From assembly GCF_000354175.2 (NCBI RefSeq), contig NC_022359.1, positions 420,001 to 452,000 on the forward strand: 32,000 nucleotides of DNA, given 5' to 3'. Position numbers and translations under genes: made by a program. A model generated the notes under the pieces. It saw only the letters and a list, made by a program, of their open reading frames with translations, had not been told where the DNA came from and searched no databases. How positions within the stretch are numbered: the first letter of the stretch is position 1; the number at the start of each line of letters is the position of its first letter. The DNA is from Vibrio alginolyticus NBRC 15630 = ATCC 17749 (GTDB lineage Bacteria > Pseudomonadota > Gammaproteobacteria > Enterobacterales > Vibrionaceae). Positions 1 through 9,238 of the stretch are shown one piece after another.

Positions 1-222
1 CGTGCTGGTTATCGTTCTTTAGAAAATAGTGATGGTGACGAGCTAGAGCTGAAAGATACAACGCTAGAAGTGCAATACAAACTGACGCCTCGTTCTTCTA
101 TCTACACAAACTACGTTGATCGTAACGGCTCGCGTGGCTACAGCAATGGACAAGAAGTCTCGTTTGGCGGTGCACACGCAGACGAAAGCTACTACCACTT
201 AGGTCTCCGTTACGAGCTGTAA
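1..222 (+). CDS. porin-like outer-membrane beta-barrel protein, C-terminal fragment (5' end outside window)
   Basis: Frame 1 is open from the window edge to TAA at 220-222. The translation ends ...IYTNYVDRNGSRGYSNGQEVSFGGAHADESYYHLGLRYEL*, with the alternating aromatic/polar pattern typical of terminal strands of Gram-negative porins. Absent from the ORF track because it has no start codon in the window. Confidence 0.45.
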   Translation, partial: RAGYRSLENSDGDELELKDTTLEVQYKLTPRSSIYTNYVDRNGSRGYSNGQEVSFGGAHADESYYHLGLRYEL

Positions 223-311
223 GCACGATACTTAATGTAAGTTAGCTGAATCCATGAGCTTCTTCTATGTCCGGTCAGTAGTTATTGCCTTTAATGCTGA
301 TTTGAAGAAGC

Positions 312-977
312 TCACCCTCGCAATATGTTTTCTTCGTTACCTGTTTTAACCAACACGCCTGCATCAGGGAGGCTGGTGACAGTAGCTAACAATTTTCCAT
401 CAACAAAGTGCAATGCCGCATAATCGTGAATGCCATAACAAGTGATGCTCGGTTGAGAACGAGCAAAGGCTTGGAAAACCTCGAACTTCTCACCTACATG
501 AGAAAAATGTGCCGCAGCCAAACCGTCAATAAATCCAAGACAACGCATAACTTGGTATGCTTCGGGATCACTGTCTGTCACCGCAAACTCAAACCAACAA
601 ATTGCACCTGCGCTCATGCCACAAATGATGATGCCTTGTTCATAACACTGCTTGAGTATTCTATCGATTCCCCATTCGCGCCAAATGGCCAACATCGAAC
701 GCGTATTACCGCCACCTACGTAAATGATGTCTTGTTCAAATAGCGTTTCTTTCCAACCAGCTTCAAACTTAAACAGCGGAAAATGGGTCACGTTTTCACT
801 AAGCTTCGCATCGTAAAAACGTTCAATCACTTCATCAGCATCTCCCGTGGCTGTAGGTATAAAACAAATGTTTGGATTCTCCTTACAAGACAAAGACAAA
901 ATGTATTGATCGAGCGGGCTCGGATTCTCTCCCATCATCCAGCCCCCACCGCCAATCGCAATACAGTGTTTTCGCAT
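312..977 (-). CDS. peptidase S51 family protein (dipeptidase E / PepE-like)
   Basis: 221-aa ORF. Contains IYVGGGNT and CGMSAGA (Ser nucleophile context) motifs characteristic of S51 peptidases, and its length matches PepE-like enzymes. Confidence 0.7.
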   Translation of the reverse strand: MRKHCIAIGGGGWMMGENPSPLDQYILSLSCKENPNICFIPTATGDADEVIERFYDAKLSENVTHFPLFKFEAGWKETLFEQDIIYVGGGNTRSMLAIWREWGIDRILKQCYEQGIIICGMSAGAICWFEFAVTDSDPEAYQVMRCLGFIDGLAAAHFSHVGEKFEVFQAFARSQPSITCYGIHDYAALHFVDGKLLATVTSLPDAGVLVKTGNEENILRG

Positions 978-1014
978 TCCTTTGCTTCCTCAATTGTTGC
1001 TAAGTTTGTTGTCG

Positions 1015-1926
1015 CTATTCGCCGACAGAATATATGTTCCTAAAGTGTTCGATGAACGCTCGCGTTCTTCTTGGTAAGTGCTCACGTTTTGGGTAAAGCA
1101 GATAAAGCGGCAAAATCGCATCCGTTTGCCATTCTGGCAGCAAACTCACGAGTTGTTCTTTTTGTGCAGGGTCGAGTTTAGCCAGTGCAAATTCATCTAA
1201 CATGGCTACACCACAGCCAGTCAAAGTAGCATCCAACATGGACTGGACAAGATTAAAACTCAGCGTACTTTCTAACTCAATGCTGCACTGCTGTTGAGTT
1301 TGCTTATGCGTAAACGTCCACTTGTCTAACACCAAGTCACGACTTTTATAAAGGATGTGCTCTAAGTCACCAAGCTCCTCTGGCGTACTTACATTTGGTT
1401 TATCAGCTAAATACGAGCGATGAGCGATCGGTTTACAGTGTAAAGTGCGTAGCTGATGGCCGACGTATCCCTCTGGAGGAGTATCGGTAAAGTAGAATGC
1501 GATATCAAACCCAGCCTCAATCAAGTCGAGAGGCGTCTCTGTGAAGATCACTTCGACGCTCACTTGTGGATGTTGCAATCGAAACTCGATCAATGTTTGG
1601 CTGAGTAACGCAGATCCGAAAGAAGCGGACGCCGCTATTCTCAATTTTCCCGATACGATCTCGTTTGCCATGACTTGCTCATTGATCTGCTCAGCGCCTT
1701 CGAGCAGTTGCTTTACCTGCTGATAAAACCGCAAACCATCGTAGGTCAAATTAAACTGGCGCGTAGTTCGCTGAATAAGCTGCACCGACAATATGTCTTC
1801 AAGCTGTTTAAGTTGCCGACTTACATGCGCATTCGAACAATTCAGTCGCTTTGCTGCACCAGCAATACTCCGTTCCTCACACAAAGCGACGTAAAGTGGT
1901 ACGTAGCTGAGCCATTTTATTTCCAT
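1015..1926 (-). CDS. LysR-family transcriptional regulator
   Basis: N-terminal wHTH (SIAGAAKRLNCSNAHVSRQLKQLE) followed by a LysR substrate-binding domain. The track ORF starts at a TTG (1953), so the ATG at 1926 (MEIKWLSY...) is the more likely start. Divergent from the acetyltransferase gene. Confidence 0.85.
   Translation of the reverse strand: MEIKWLSYVPLYVALCEERSIAGAAKRLNCSNAHVSRQLKQLEDILSVQLIQRTTRQFNLTYDGLRFYQQVKQLLEGAEQINEQVMANEIVSGKLRIAASASFGSALLSQTLIEFRLQHPQVSVEVIFTETPLDLIEAGFDIAFYFTDTPPEGYVGHQLRTLHCKPIAHRSYLADKPNVSTPEELGDLEHILYKSRDLVLDKWTFTHKQTQQQCSIELESTLSFNLVQSMLDATLTGCGVAMLDEFALAKLDPAQKEQLVSLLPEWQTDAILPLYLLYPKREHLPRRTRAFIEHFRNIYSVGE
1432..1444. promoter_or_regulatory. parS2: parS2 centromere-like site (ParB2 binding), inside the LysR CDS
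   Basis: Exact TTTACAGTGTAAA, matching the published Vibrio chromosome-2 parS2 consensus NTTTACANTGTAAAN. Confidence 0.8.
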
Positions 1927-2014
1927 ACAGTAATTCTGAATCTCTAAAATCAAACTACTGGAAATAATAGAAAGCCTCTAAACTCTGTACAACCTAAATT
2001 TGAAAGGATGAGTT

Positions 2015-2674
2015 ATGAGTGTTTTCGACACGTGGTTAAAAGGTCAAGTCATTAAAGATCACATCACTAATCCCAATATCATCGTTGGCGATTACAGCTA
2101 TTACTCGGGCTTCTATCATCAAAAAAGCTTCGAAGAGCAAGCGGTACGCTACTTGTTGGGTGACCCCGTCACACTTCAAGAATGGCAAAGTAGAGAACCC
2201 GATAGCATCGACAAATTAATCGTTGGCAAGTTTTGTTCCATCGCTTCTGGAGCCACCTTCATGATGGCAGGAAACCAAGGTCATCGCATTGACTGGATTT
2301 CGACCTTCCCCTTCTCTCCTGAAGAATTTGGAGAAGGCGTACAAGACGGTTTCGAGCGTGCCGGAGACACAGTGGTGGGAAATGATGTTTGGATTGGCGG
2401 TGAGGCGATGATCATGCCCGGAGTAAACATCGGCGATGGAGCCGTCATCGGAGCACGCGCCGTAGTGACGAAAGACGTGCAACCTTATTCTGTGGTGGTT
2501 GGAAACAACCAAGTCGTACGTCAACGATTCAGCGATAAAGAGATTGAAACTCTACTCAATATCCAATGGTGGAACTGGCCAATAGAACACATTAAACAAG
2601 CAATGAAAGTAATGTGTAGCAGCCAAGTGGGTGCGCTTGCGGACTACTATCAAGAGCACATTGTCGATTTGTAG
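2015..2674 (+). CDS. xenobiotic acyltransferase (XAT) family O-acetyltransferase (CatB/Vat-like)
   Basis: 219 aa. Left-handed beta-helix hexapeptide repeats ([30 protein letters not shown]) and the XAT hallmarks [11 protein letters not shown] and [10 protein letters not shown], close to Vat/CatB-type enzymes. Confidence 0.85.
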   Translation: MSVFDTWLKGQVIKDHITNPNIIVGDYSYYSGFYHQKSFEEQAVRYLLGDPVTLQEWQSREPDSIDKLIVGKFCSIASGATFMMAGNQGHRIDWISTFPFSPEEFGEGVQDGFERAGDTVVGNDVWIGGEAMIMPGVNIGDGAVIGARAVVTKDVQPYSVVVGNNQVVRQRFSDKEIETLLNIQWWNWPIEHIKQAMKVMCSSQVGALADYYQEHIVDL

Positions 2675-2676
2675 AT

Positions 2677-2712
2677 AAAAAAAGCCCACACATATTGTTG
2701 CGACGTGTGGGC
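2677..2712 (-). terminator. Rho-independent terminator of fapA-like gene (hairpin also sits just after the XAT stop)
   Basis: GCCCACAC (2684-2691) pairs with GTGTGGGC (2705-2712). On the minus strand the hairpin is followed by T7 (plus-strand A-run 2677-2683). Confidence 0.75.
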
Positions 2713-2729
2713 TCAGTGAGTAAGAAAGC

Positions 2730-4409
2730 TTAAACCGCAGCGACGTCCTCTTCTTCCAAGTTCGCCGAGACTTTAATTTCGTATTGATTGAAACGGAACG
2801 AACAACCGCCATGAGTGCGCTTTGTCGTTACTTGTTCGTCGCCAAACTGCACCGTCACGCGAGTGAAGACACGCTCTTTGGCTTCGACAATATTTTCTTC
2901 TAACGCGACTTCAAAGTCATGTTCCGTTTGTTCTAGCTTTTGCTTTATCGCTTCAAGCTGCTCGTTGTTTTGTGTTTTCATCACGTCAATCTGAGCTTGT
3001 TCTTCGTCGGTACGTTCGGCTTTAGGACGTTTCTTAAATTCGAGCTCTTTACGAATCACATCCATCGTGCCTTCTTGAGCGCGTTTGTATTGATCTTTGA
3101 GCTCTGCTAATCGCTCCTTAAATGCAGAATAGCGCGCGAACGCTTCTACCTTAGTGGCGGTGTCGCCTTCTACGCCCAATTGTAAGCACACCACTTTGTC
3201 ACCGACTTTTGCATCTCCGCCGCTGAGCGTACCGTTCCTACCGTTCGCATCCAGCACCGTCAGATTGCGCCCACAAACAATATCGTTATTCATGCTGTGC
3301 ACCGCCAACTCAATATCTTCGCCAGCTTGCAAATCACAATATTGGGCGTAGCTGGCACGAATCGAACCTTTGGCTTTGACGTGACAACTCTTTGGCTGGC
3401 CATCACTCACGGTGTGGCCAATGATCCCTTTACCAACTTGAATGTCGTCTTGCGCTTGTACTTCAGCCGATTCAATGAAGCCGCCTACAGTAATAGAGCC
3501 CGTCGCTTTAACAATCATTCCGGATTCGATGTTGCCACCGATAATCACATTCCCTTTGAATTTCACGTGGCCTGTATTCACGCCAACGCTATTGAGGCAG
3601 AGTGCGTTATCAACTTCGATGGTTTTGTCTTTAATCAGAGGCGTACCGGATACCGATGCAATCAATAGGTTTGGGTCTTGCTTGCTTATCTCAGTGCCTT
3701 TGCCCGGCTTCATTGGGCTGTCTTTTCCGGCTTGCGGAGGAATCACTCGCCCTTGAACAGTAAAGCCAGGCGTGCCTTTGGTCGCAGGCGTGCGGCGCAT
3801 CACCTCATCGCCTACGTCAACCGCGATAGTTTCACCGAGGTTACGTAAATCAATTTTGTCGCTAGCAGATTGGCCGTCTTTGGGTTTGAGGATGCGTTTG
3901 GTGATGTCTTTAACAAGAGGAGTAAAAAGAGCGTCTTTGCCTTTGATAGGTTGCTTACCAACCGCTACAGGTTGAGAAAAAGTTTCGCCGGGTTTGAGCT
4001 GAGTGCTGACAACCAACACTTTCTTCAAAGCCAGTTTGTTGATGCCTTTCGAAACTCGCGCTTGAGCAAGGGCTTGAACAATCTCGGGGCCACGTAAACC
4101 TCGGCCTCCGTACGCGCCGACAACGTTCATGCTGGCGAGCATGTCATTATTCGATAATTCGACCTCAACTTGCGCGTTGCGTTTTTCCGCAATGACGATG
4201 CCTTCGTAAGCTTCGGCTTTACGTTCTTTGGCGCAGTTAATGAACCTAACGACTTCCCCCTCAACAACAAACATCCTTTCAGCGTTCATTGCGACGAGCT
4301 GCTCGTTTAATTCATTTTGATTTAGCTCACCACCGAGGTCCACTTCTCCCGGAAGACGGGCTATCACCTTGGTCTTATCTTCAGATAACTCAAGACACAG
4401 CTTCCACAT
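2730..4409 (-). CDS. fapA: FapA/DUF342 family protein (flagellar assembly protein A-like)
   Basis: 559 aa. Central beta-helix with repeated G-x-I/V motifs (GHVKFKGNVIIGGNIESGMIVKATGSITVGGFIES...) and a C-terminal charged coiled-coil, which is the DUF342 architecture. Confidence 0.7.
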   Translation of the reverse strand: MWKLCLELSEDKTKVIARLPGEVDLGGELNQNELNEQLVAMNAERMFVVEGEVVRFINCAKERKAEAYEGIVIAEKRNAQVEVELSNNDMLASMNVVGAYGGRGLRGPEIVQALAQARVSKGINKLALKKVLVVSTQLKPGETFSQPVAVGKQPIKGKDALFTPLVKDITKRILKPKDGQSASDKIDLRNLGETIAVDVGDEVMRRTPATKGTPGFTVQGRVIPPQAGKDSPMKPGKGTEISKQDPNLLIASVSGTPLIKDKTIEVDNALCLNSVGVNTGHVKFKGNVIIGGNIESGMIVKATGSITVGGFIESAEVQAQDDIQVGKGIIGHTVSDGQPKSCHVKAKGSIRASYAQYCDLQAGEDIELAVHSMNNDIVCGRNLTVLDANGRNGTLSGGDAKVGDKVVCLQLGVEGDTATKVEAFARYSAFKERLAELKDQYKRAQEGTMDVIRKELEFKKRPKAERTDEEQAQIDVMKTQNNEQLEAIKQKLEQTEHDFEVALEENIVEAKERVFTRVTVQFGDEQVTTKRTHGGCSFRFNQYEIKVSANLEEEDVAAV

Positions 4410-4598
4410 ACCCTTACCACTTTGCTTCCCATCAACACTTTCAGTCTAACCAAATCCGTTTTCTGAACAAACCTCGCATTTCTTATTATAGGGCTCACGT
4501 CACTAAAGAAAGTAATCCATCAATAACGGTTAAACAGCATATTAAGAGAAAACTCGATTTAACCTAAAGCTCAATCAAAATACACGCTGAAACAAAAA

Positions 4599-4629
4599 GG
4601 AGCTGGATTTACAGTGTAAAATCAGCTCC
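4599..4629 (-). terminator. putative tmcA terminator whose hairpin is built around a parS2 palindrome
   Basis: Minus strand reads GGAGCTGATTTTACACTGTAAATCCAGCTCC followed by TTTTTGTTT. The GGAGCTG/CAGCTCC arms extend the parS2 inverted repeat. Confidence 0.5.
4608..4620. promoter_or_regulatory. parS2: parS2 site 1 of a triple cluster
   Basis: Exact TTTACAGTGTAAA. Confidence 0.85.
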
Positions 4630-4640
4630 CAATAATTTCA

Positions 4641-4653
4641 TTTACAGTGTAAA
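4641..4653. promoter_or_regulatory. parS2: parS2 site 2 of a triple cluster
   Basis: Exact TTTACAGTGTAAA, 33 bp from site 1. Confidence 0.85.
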
Positions 4654-4660
4654 TTTCCCT

Positions 4661-6688
4661 TTATTGTTTACAGTGTAAATCGCTCCAAATGTGTCTTACT
4701 TCGTCCCTTAACTGCTGCTCAACTTGCCTTCTTCCAGGTAAACCAAATTGCTGAGCACATTCAGTCCAACTACGGTTAAGAAAAAGCTTACTAATCATCA
4801 AGTCGGAAACAGAGTTCAAACCTAAATTAAGTAACCACTGTTGAAGCCACACAGACACAGACTCATAACTGTTACCACCATCAGCATAACATTCAATTAG
4901 TAATAACTTAGCGGGATGAAGTGGACTCATTCCCAAAGGTTGCGGCAATAGAGCTCGAAAAATAGGGGCTTCTAATTTTGGATAGACGTCAGCCACATTG
5001 TTAGACAACATTTCTTCAAATAGCGCCTGAGATTGGTCGACCCAAGCCGTCTGTTGGGAATCACAAGGTTTGACCATCAAGACTGAATAACAACCGCTAG
5101 CAGCATCGCGCATTGACCCTAAGCGAATTGTACGGAAGTTCGATTGTCGCCAGAAATAGAGCAACTCTTCCGTCGCACCAAAACTCGTGGATAAGTAGGC
5201 AATGTGTTTAGCAGCCATTTGCTCAAGTTGCTGCAGAATTTTTTGACCAATGCCTTTGCCTTGCAATGCTGGATGAACCGCAATTCTCATGACTCGCAGC
5301 GTCGATAGATTCGCGACATTCGGGAATCCTAGGTGGTTTGCAATCGTAATTGGGGCTAAGTGTCCTTTAGGACGACGCTTACCAAGCTGGATTTCTTCAA
5401 TCAATTCATCGTCAAGGCCCCCCTCTTCGACCGCTAATATCACCCCCACAACCGCATTATCTTGCTTAGCAAAATAGAGCTGACTGTTGTCGTCTTGCAA
5501 AAGGTGAATCAAATCATTCGGCGAGGTCTGATAATGAGCATTCACCAAAAGAGCGAAGCACTCACGCAGCAAACTAGGCTGCGATATCAAATTGTTCTTA
5601 TCGGCTTTAGAAAGGGAAATTGAGTCGACCTGTTTAAGTTGATGGTGCGTTAACTCCGCATCCAACAAAAACGCGTCATAGAGCCATGATTCAAGCGCAT
5701 CATTCATGCTCCAGCGGATGGGCTGTGTCATGTGCCATGTTTTCATTCCCGAACGCTGTTTCTGAAGCCAATCAACAAATTTAATCGTAAAGCCCCGGCC
5801 ACAACCTTCATAACCATGAACAGTCGTAGAAAAAACGAGTCGATGATAATGTTCGGTAATGCTTTTGAGCATAGGAACTGGAATTGCAGCCGCTTCATCG
5901 ACAAGTAACAAATCACATTCAGGTCTGCTCGATAGAAGTTCGTCAGGAGCAATGAATTGAATGGCTCCCTGCCCTGATTCTAATCTGTCCTTCTTAATGC
6001 GCTGTGCGTTAGGGAGTAAACGTAAAGCATGTTGGTAAACAGGCTCAACGGCTTTTATAGATGGTGCCGTAATTAAGATTCTAAGTGGCTTCTGCTGTAA
6101 TAAGTTCGCACACGCAATGCCGAGGGCACTTGTTTTTCCGCGCCCACGATCAGCGGTCAAAATTAACGGTCGCTTTCGATGTCCTGTCACCACCTTTTCA
6201 ATTAGAGAAATGGCATGTTCTTGTTCCGTGTAGTGGCTTTCTTTTTCTGCTTGCTTGATGTCTGGAGCCGTTGGCAATGGTTTGTCTTGCTCAATAACAA
6301 CGAGCTTCTCCCACTGTTTGTGCATCCATTGCTGAGCAAAATTCGCATTTTGTCGCAGCTCAGTAATGACAATAAGAAAACCGCCGCCAACCAATGAGCC
6401 AAGCGCGGCGGTAAAACTATTGGCGTCAAAGCCATTTCGAGCATCAAACAATAGAACGTCACACTCTCTGCCTAGCAACATGTGTCCTTGTTTAGACGAA
6501 ACACTGGATACGTTTTTCAAACCAAAATCACCAACAGAAAACCAACGTTGATGGCGCTGCGTTTTATGGAACTCTGACATCAACGCATTTTGCCAAGAAG
6601 CCTCGCCTTGAATGACAACACCAATCCTTTGGAAAGATTGGTGAGCTTGATGTTGAAGTGATGAAAGGAAATCAGATTGTGTCTGCAT
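4661..6688 (-). CDS. tmcA: tRNA(Met) cytidine acetyltransferase TmcA
   Basis: 675 aa (I recall E. coli TmcA as about 670 aa). Helicase-like domain with Walker A (ADRGRGKTSALG) and DExx (LLLVDEAAAI), followed by a GNAT domain (RIAVHPALQGKGIGQKIL). Confidence 0.85.
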   Translation of the reverse strand: MQTQSDFLSSLQHQAHQSFQRIGVVIQGEASWQNALMSEFHKTQRHQRWFSVGDFGLKNVSSVSSKQGHMLLGRECDVLLFDARNGFDANSFTAALGSLVGGGFLIVITELRQNANFAQQWMHKQWEKLVVIEQDKPLPTAPDIKQAEKESHYTEQEHAISLIEKVVTGHRKRPLILTADRGRGKTSALGIACANLLQQKPLRILITAPSIKAVEPVYQHALRLLPNAQRIKKDRLESGQGAIQFIAPDELLSSRPECDLLLVDEAAAIPVPMLKSITEHYHRLVFSTTVHGYEGCGRGFTIKFVDWLQKQRSGMKTWHMTQPIRWSMNDALESWLYDAFLLDAELTHHQLKQVDSISLSKADKNNLISQPSLLRECFALLVNAHYQTSPNDLIHLLQDDNSQLYFAKQDNAVVGVILAVEEGGLDDELIEEIQLGKRRPKGHLAPITIANHLGFPNVANLSTLRVMRIAVHPALQGKGIGQKILQQLEQMAAKHIAYLSTSFGATEELLYFWRQSNFRTIRLGSMRDAASGCYSVLMVKPCDSQQTAWVDQSQALFEEMLSNNVADVYPKLEAPIFRALLPQPLGMSPLHPAKLLLIECYADGGNSYESVSVWLQQWLLNLGLNSVSDLMISKLFLNRSWTECAQQFGLPGRRQVEQQLRDEVRHIWSDLHCKQ
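4667..4679. promoter_or_regulatory. parS2: parS2 site 3 of a triple cluster, overlapping the last codons of tmcA
   Basis: Exact TTTACAGTGTAAA, 26 bp from site 2. It encodes the C-terminal ...LHCK residues of the 4661-6688 ORF. Confidence 0.85.
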
Positions 6689-6753
6689 TTTGTCTATCCA
6701 ACGTTGAACTGACGTAATGGTATCACATCTTTAATTTGACGCTTCTCAGATAT

Positions 6754-6775
6754 AAAAAAACCGCCCGGAGGCGGT
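6754..6775 (-). terminator. Rho-independent terminator of parA2-parB2
   Basis: ACCGCC (6760-6765) pairs with GGCGGT (6770-6775) around a CGGA loop. The minus strand continues with T7 (plus-strand A-run 6754-6760). Lies 19 bp after the parB2 stop. Confidence 0.8.
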
Positions 6776-6793
6776 TGATTCAATCATCATTTG

Positions 6794-7768
6794 TTATTGC
6801 AGTTTGGTTTGTACAAACGCAAGAATCTCTTCCATTAAGCTGTCGTCAACTTTCTTCAAGTTCAACGCCAGGCTGCTACCTTTTCGGCTATAGCTTGCTC
6901 GACCTTTAACTAAGTCGACTTTTTCCGTCTTCTTACCAGGTTTTGCTGGTGCAAGTTCAGTAATCCAATTTTCGATGCTTTCCGTGACTTCTTTTGTCAG
7001 ACGAGCAACGCCTTGAGCTGTGCTTCGCTGCCATAAAAACCCTTCGCTAGAGCGACATTTATCTAACAGCTCTTGCTGCTGCTCTGGCGTTAGCGTTGAA
7101 AACTGTTTGTGCAGTTTCACGATTGTTGGGCGACCGAGATCGCCAACATTCGGATACGCTTGAAGCAGTTCTAACGGTAATGCTGCGGCTTTTAAAGCGC
7201 CACTTACCAACGCTTCACTGCACTGGAACATTTTTGCCAATGCTTTCTGATCCTCAGCTTCACCACTATCAAGCTTAGCCTGCATCTCTTTACCTTTTTC
7301 GTATAAAGAGAGCGGTTTGTGAGCATTTGCCACATCAGACAAAAACTTAGCATGGTCAGTATTGATGTTGTCAGCAACATAAACCAAAAAATCTTGTTCA
7401 GCGAGGATACAAGACATGCGACGACGGCTACCATCTAAAACTTCAATCTTGCCATCTTCAGTTCTACGACCCACCGCTGGATATTGTTGGCCACGCTCTT
7501 TGAGTGTGACTAAAACATCAGATAAAGCATGTTCGTTTAAGAACGATTGCTCACGAGCGTTATCAACAAATACTGTTGTTTCTGTCGCAACTTTATTTGC
7601 AGGAATACGCACAAGTTCAAACTGAACAATATTTTCACCTGCAACTGCTAGTTCAATCGTTTGAGCTTTCTCTTTTGCCGCAGTTTGCGCCTCTTGCGGA
7701 GTCACAACACGACGCTTATTCGTTTTGCCAAATAATTTCGCGTTTAATTCAGACGTTTTCAAAGCCAT
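6794..7768 (-). CDS. parB2: chromosome-2 partition protein ParB2
   Basis: 324 aa. ParB N-terminal box (KIEVLDGSRRR), located directly downstream of the ParA gene, next to an RctB-type origin and surrounded by parS2 sites. Confidence 0.9.
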   Translation of the reverse strand: MALKTSELNAKLFGKTNKRRVVTPQEAQTAAKEKAQTIELAVAGENIVQFELVRIPANKVATETTVFVDNAREQSFLNEHALSDVLVTLKERGQQYPAVGRRTEDGKIEVLDGSRRRMSCILAEQDFLVYVADNINTDHAKFLSDVANAHKPLSLYEKGKEMQAKLDSGEAEDQKALAKMFQCSEALVSGALKAAALPLELLQAYPNVGDLGRPTIVKLHKQFSTLTPEQQQELLDKCRSSEGFLWQRSTAQGVARLTKEVTESIENWITELAPAKPGKKTEKVDLVKGRASYSRKGSSLALNLKKVDDSLMEEILAFVQTKLQ

Positions 7769-7775
7769 TTACTTA

Positions 7776-8993
7776 TTACCCCTGATTCAATGACGGCCAA
7801 TTAGAGTGCAGCACACGCTCTAATTCCAGTGCGCTTTTATGAACAGCGTCTTGCGCGGTAGCTAGTGTCTTCTTACCGCCTTCAAAATCGCTTACTGTCA
7901 GATCAAATACTGTGCTGTAGGTATCGGCACAGGTTTCAAACGCACGGCTACGAGGAATAGTAGCCATCATAACTTGGTCACCTAGAAGATAGTTCATTTC
8001 AGTTAAAACAGAAACTTGCTTCTTATTGTCGTCCTCAAACATGGTTGGCATCAAGCGAACAAACTCAAGACCATTCCAGTCCTCCGGGAACATTTCATAT
8101 ACCGTAGGCAAATGCTGGAAGAAGTTTACTGTTGAAGCCCAGTCCAGACGCTTAGCCGCACAAGGAATGAGCAAGGCATTTGATGCATACATCGCATTCC
8201 ATACTAATGGGTCAACGTGTGGACCGGTATCAATCATAATGATATCGAAGTCATCAGCAATTTTATCAATCAGTTGCTCTTTCAGCAGACGGACGATATC
8301 GAGTGATGGGTCTTCAGATAGCGTTTGCCATGCTTCCGCATTAAACATCGCGTCTTCTGGAAACGCTGAAATCGACTTTAAGTTCGGATATTGCGTTGGC
8401 AGCAATACGTTTTTACGTAAAAATTCACTGTCAATTTCCACACCATCAGGCACGTTACCCAACATAATGTCTACCGCAGAATAGATATTATCATGCTCTG
8501 CCATGCTGATTTGCGGGTTGAGGAATAAACGTAGCGAGCCTTGTGGGTCTAAGTCGATTAAACAAATACGGTATCGTTTATCCAAATTTAGCGCTAAACA
8601 TGCCGCTAAATGAACCGCGGTCATTGATTTACCTGTACCGCCCTTTTGGTTCTGCACATTAATAATCCAAGGTTTGTTACCTGAATTCTTTTTACGCTCA
8701 TGAAATTTAGGCACTTCAGCCGCATCCATGAGCATGTGTGCTTCTTCTAACGTAATTGAATAATGATTCGCGTTGTTTTTAGTAAATTGATGCCCAGCGG
8801 CTTCCATTTTACCAATCGCGTCGTCGAGCTTACGGCGAGTTAGACCAGAACGGGTTTCCATCATCGCTTTCGACATTGGTGGGAAGTAGTTATCGCTTCG
8901 CTCTTCTAAAACAATTTCAATACGGTCAGCTTGAACCTGCTGAGTCAGCTCCGCTAACTCAAGAAGGTTTTCAATCGTTTTTTCTCTTTTCAT
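7776..8993 (-). CDS. parA2: chromosome-2 partition ATPase ParA2 (type Ia, with N-terminal DNA-binding extension)
   Basis: 405 aa. Deviant Walker A (NQKGGTGKS). The long N-terminal extension is typical of plasmid-like type Ia ParA. Lies 7 bp upstream of parB2. Confidence 0.9.
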   Translation of the reverse strand: MKREKTIENLLELAELTQQVQADRIEIVLEERSDNYFPPMSKAMMETRSGLTRRKLDDAIGKMEAAGHQFTKNNANHYSITLEEAHMLMDAAEVPKFHERKKNSGNKPWIINVQNQKGGTGKSMTAVHLAACLALNLDKRYRICLIDLDPQGSLRLFLNPQISMAEHDNIYSAVDIMLGNVPDGVEIDSEFLRKNVLLPTQYPNLKSISAFPEDAMFNAEAWQTLSEDPSLDIVRLLKEQLIDKIADDFDIIMIDTGPHVDPLVWNAMYASNALLIPCAAKRLDWASTVNFFQHLPTVYEMFPEDWNGLEFVRLMPTMFEDDNKKQVSVLTEMNYLLGDQVMMATIPRSRAFETCADTYSTVFDLTVSDFEGGKKTLATAQDAVHKSALELERVLHSNWPSLNQG

Positions 8994-9213
8994 GCCAAAT
9001 TCCGTTGGAAGGATTTATAACTGCAATTGTACAGCAGTAAAGACCAAAAACAACAAAAAGGTGCACGAACATTTTGAATTACCATCACATAAAAAAACAC
9101 CCAAATCGACGCTTTTATGATTTATGGTCAAAAAGATAACTATTTTTAATCAAATAATCTTCTCATAAGTGGACACCTAAACTTAAAAATAAAAAGTGTT
9201 ACAGCGTCACTCA

Positions 9214-9226
9214 TTTACAATGTAAA
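9214..9226. promoter_or_regulatory. parS2: parS2 site inside the origin control region (position equivalent to parS2-B in rctA of V. cholerae)
   Basis: Exact TTTACAATGTAAA. Confidence 0.85.
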
Positions 9227-9238
9227 TCAATTTTCTAC

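Noticed and set aside
256-313. 10-bp inverted repeat GAGCTTCTTC / GAAGAAGCTC between the porin and peptidase genes
   Set aside because: The 38-nt loop and missing T-run make it a poor terminator. It may be a chance or weak structural element, and no function can be supported.
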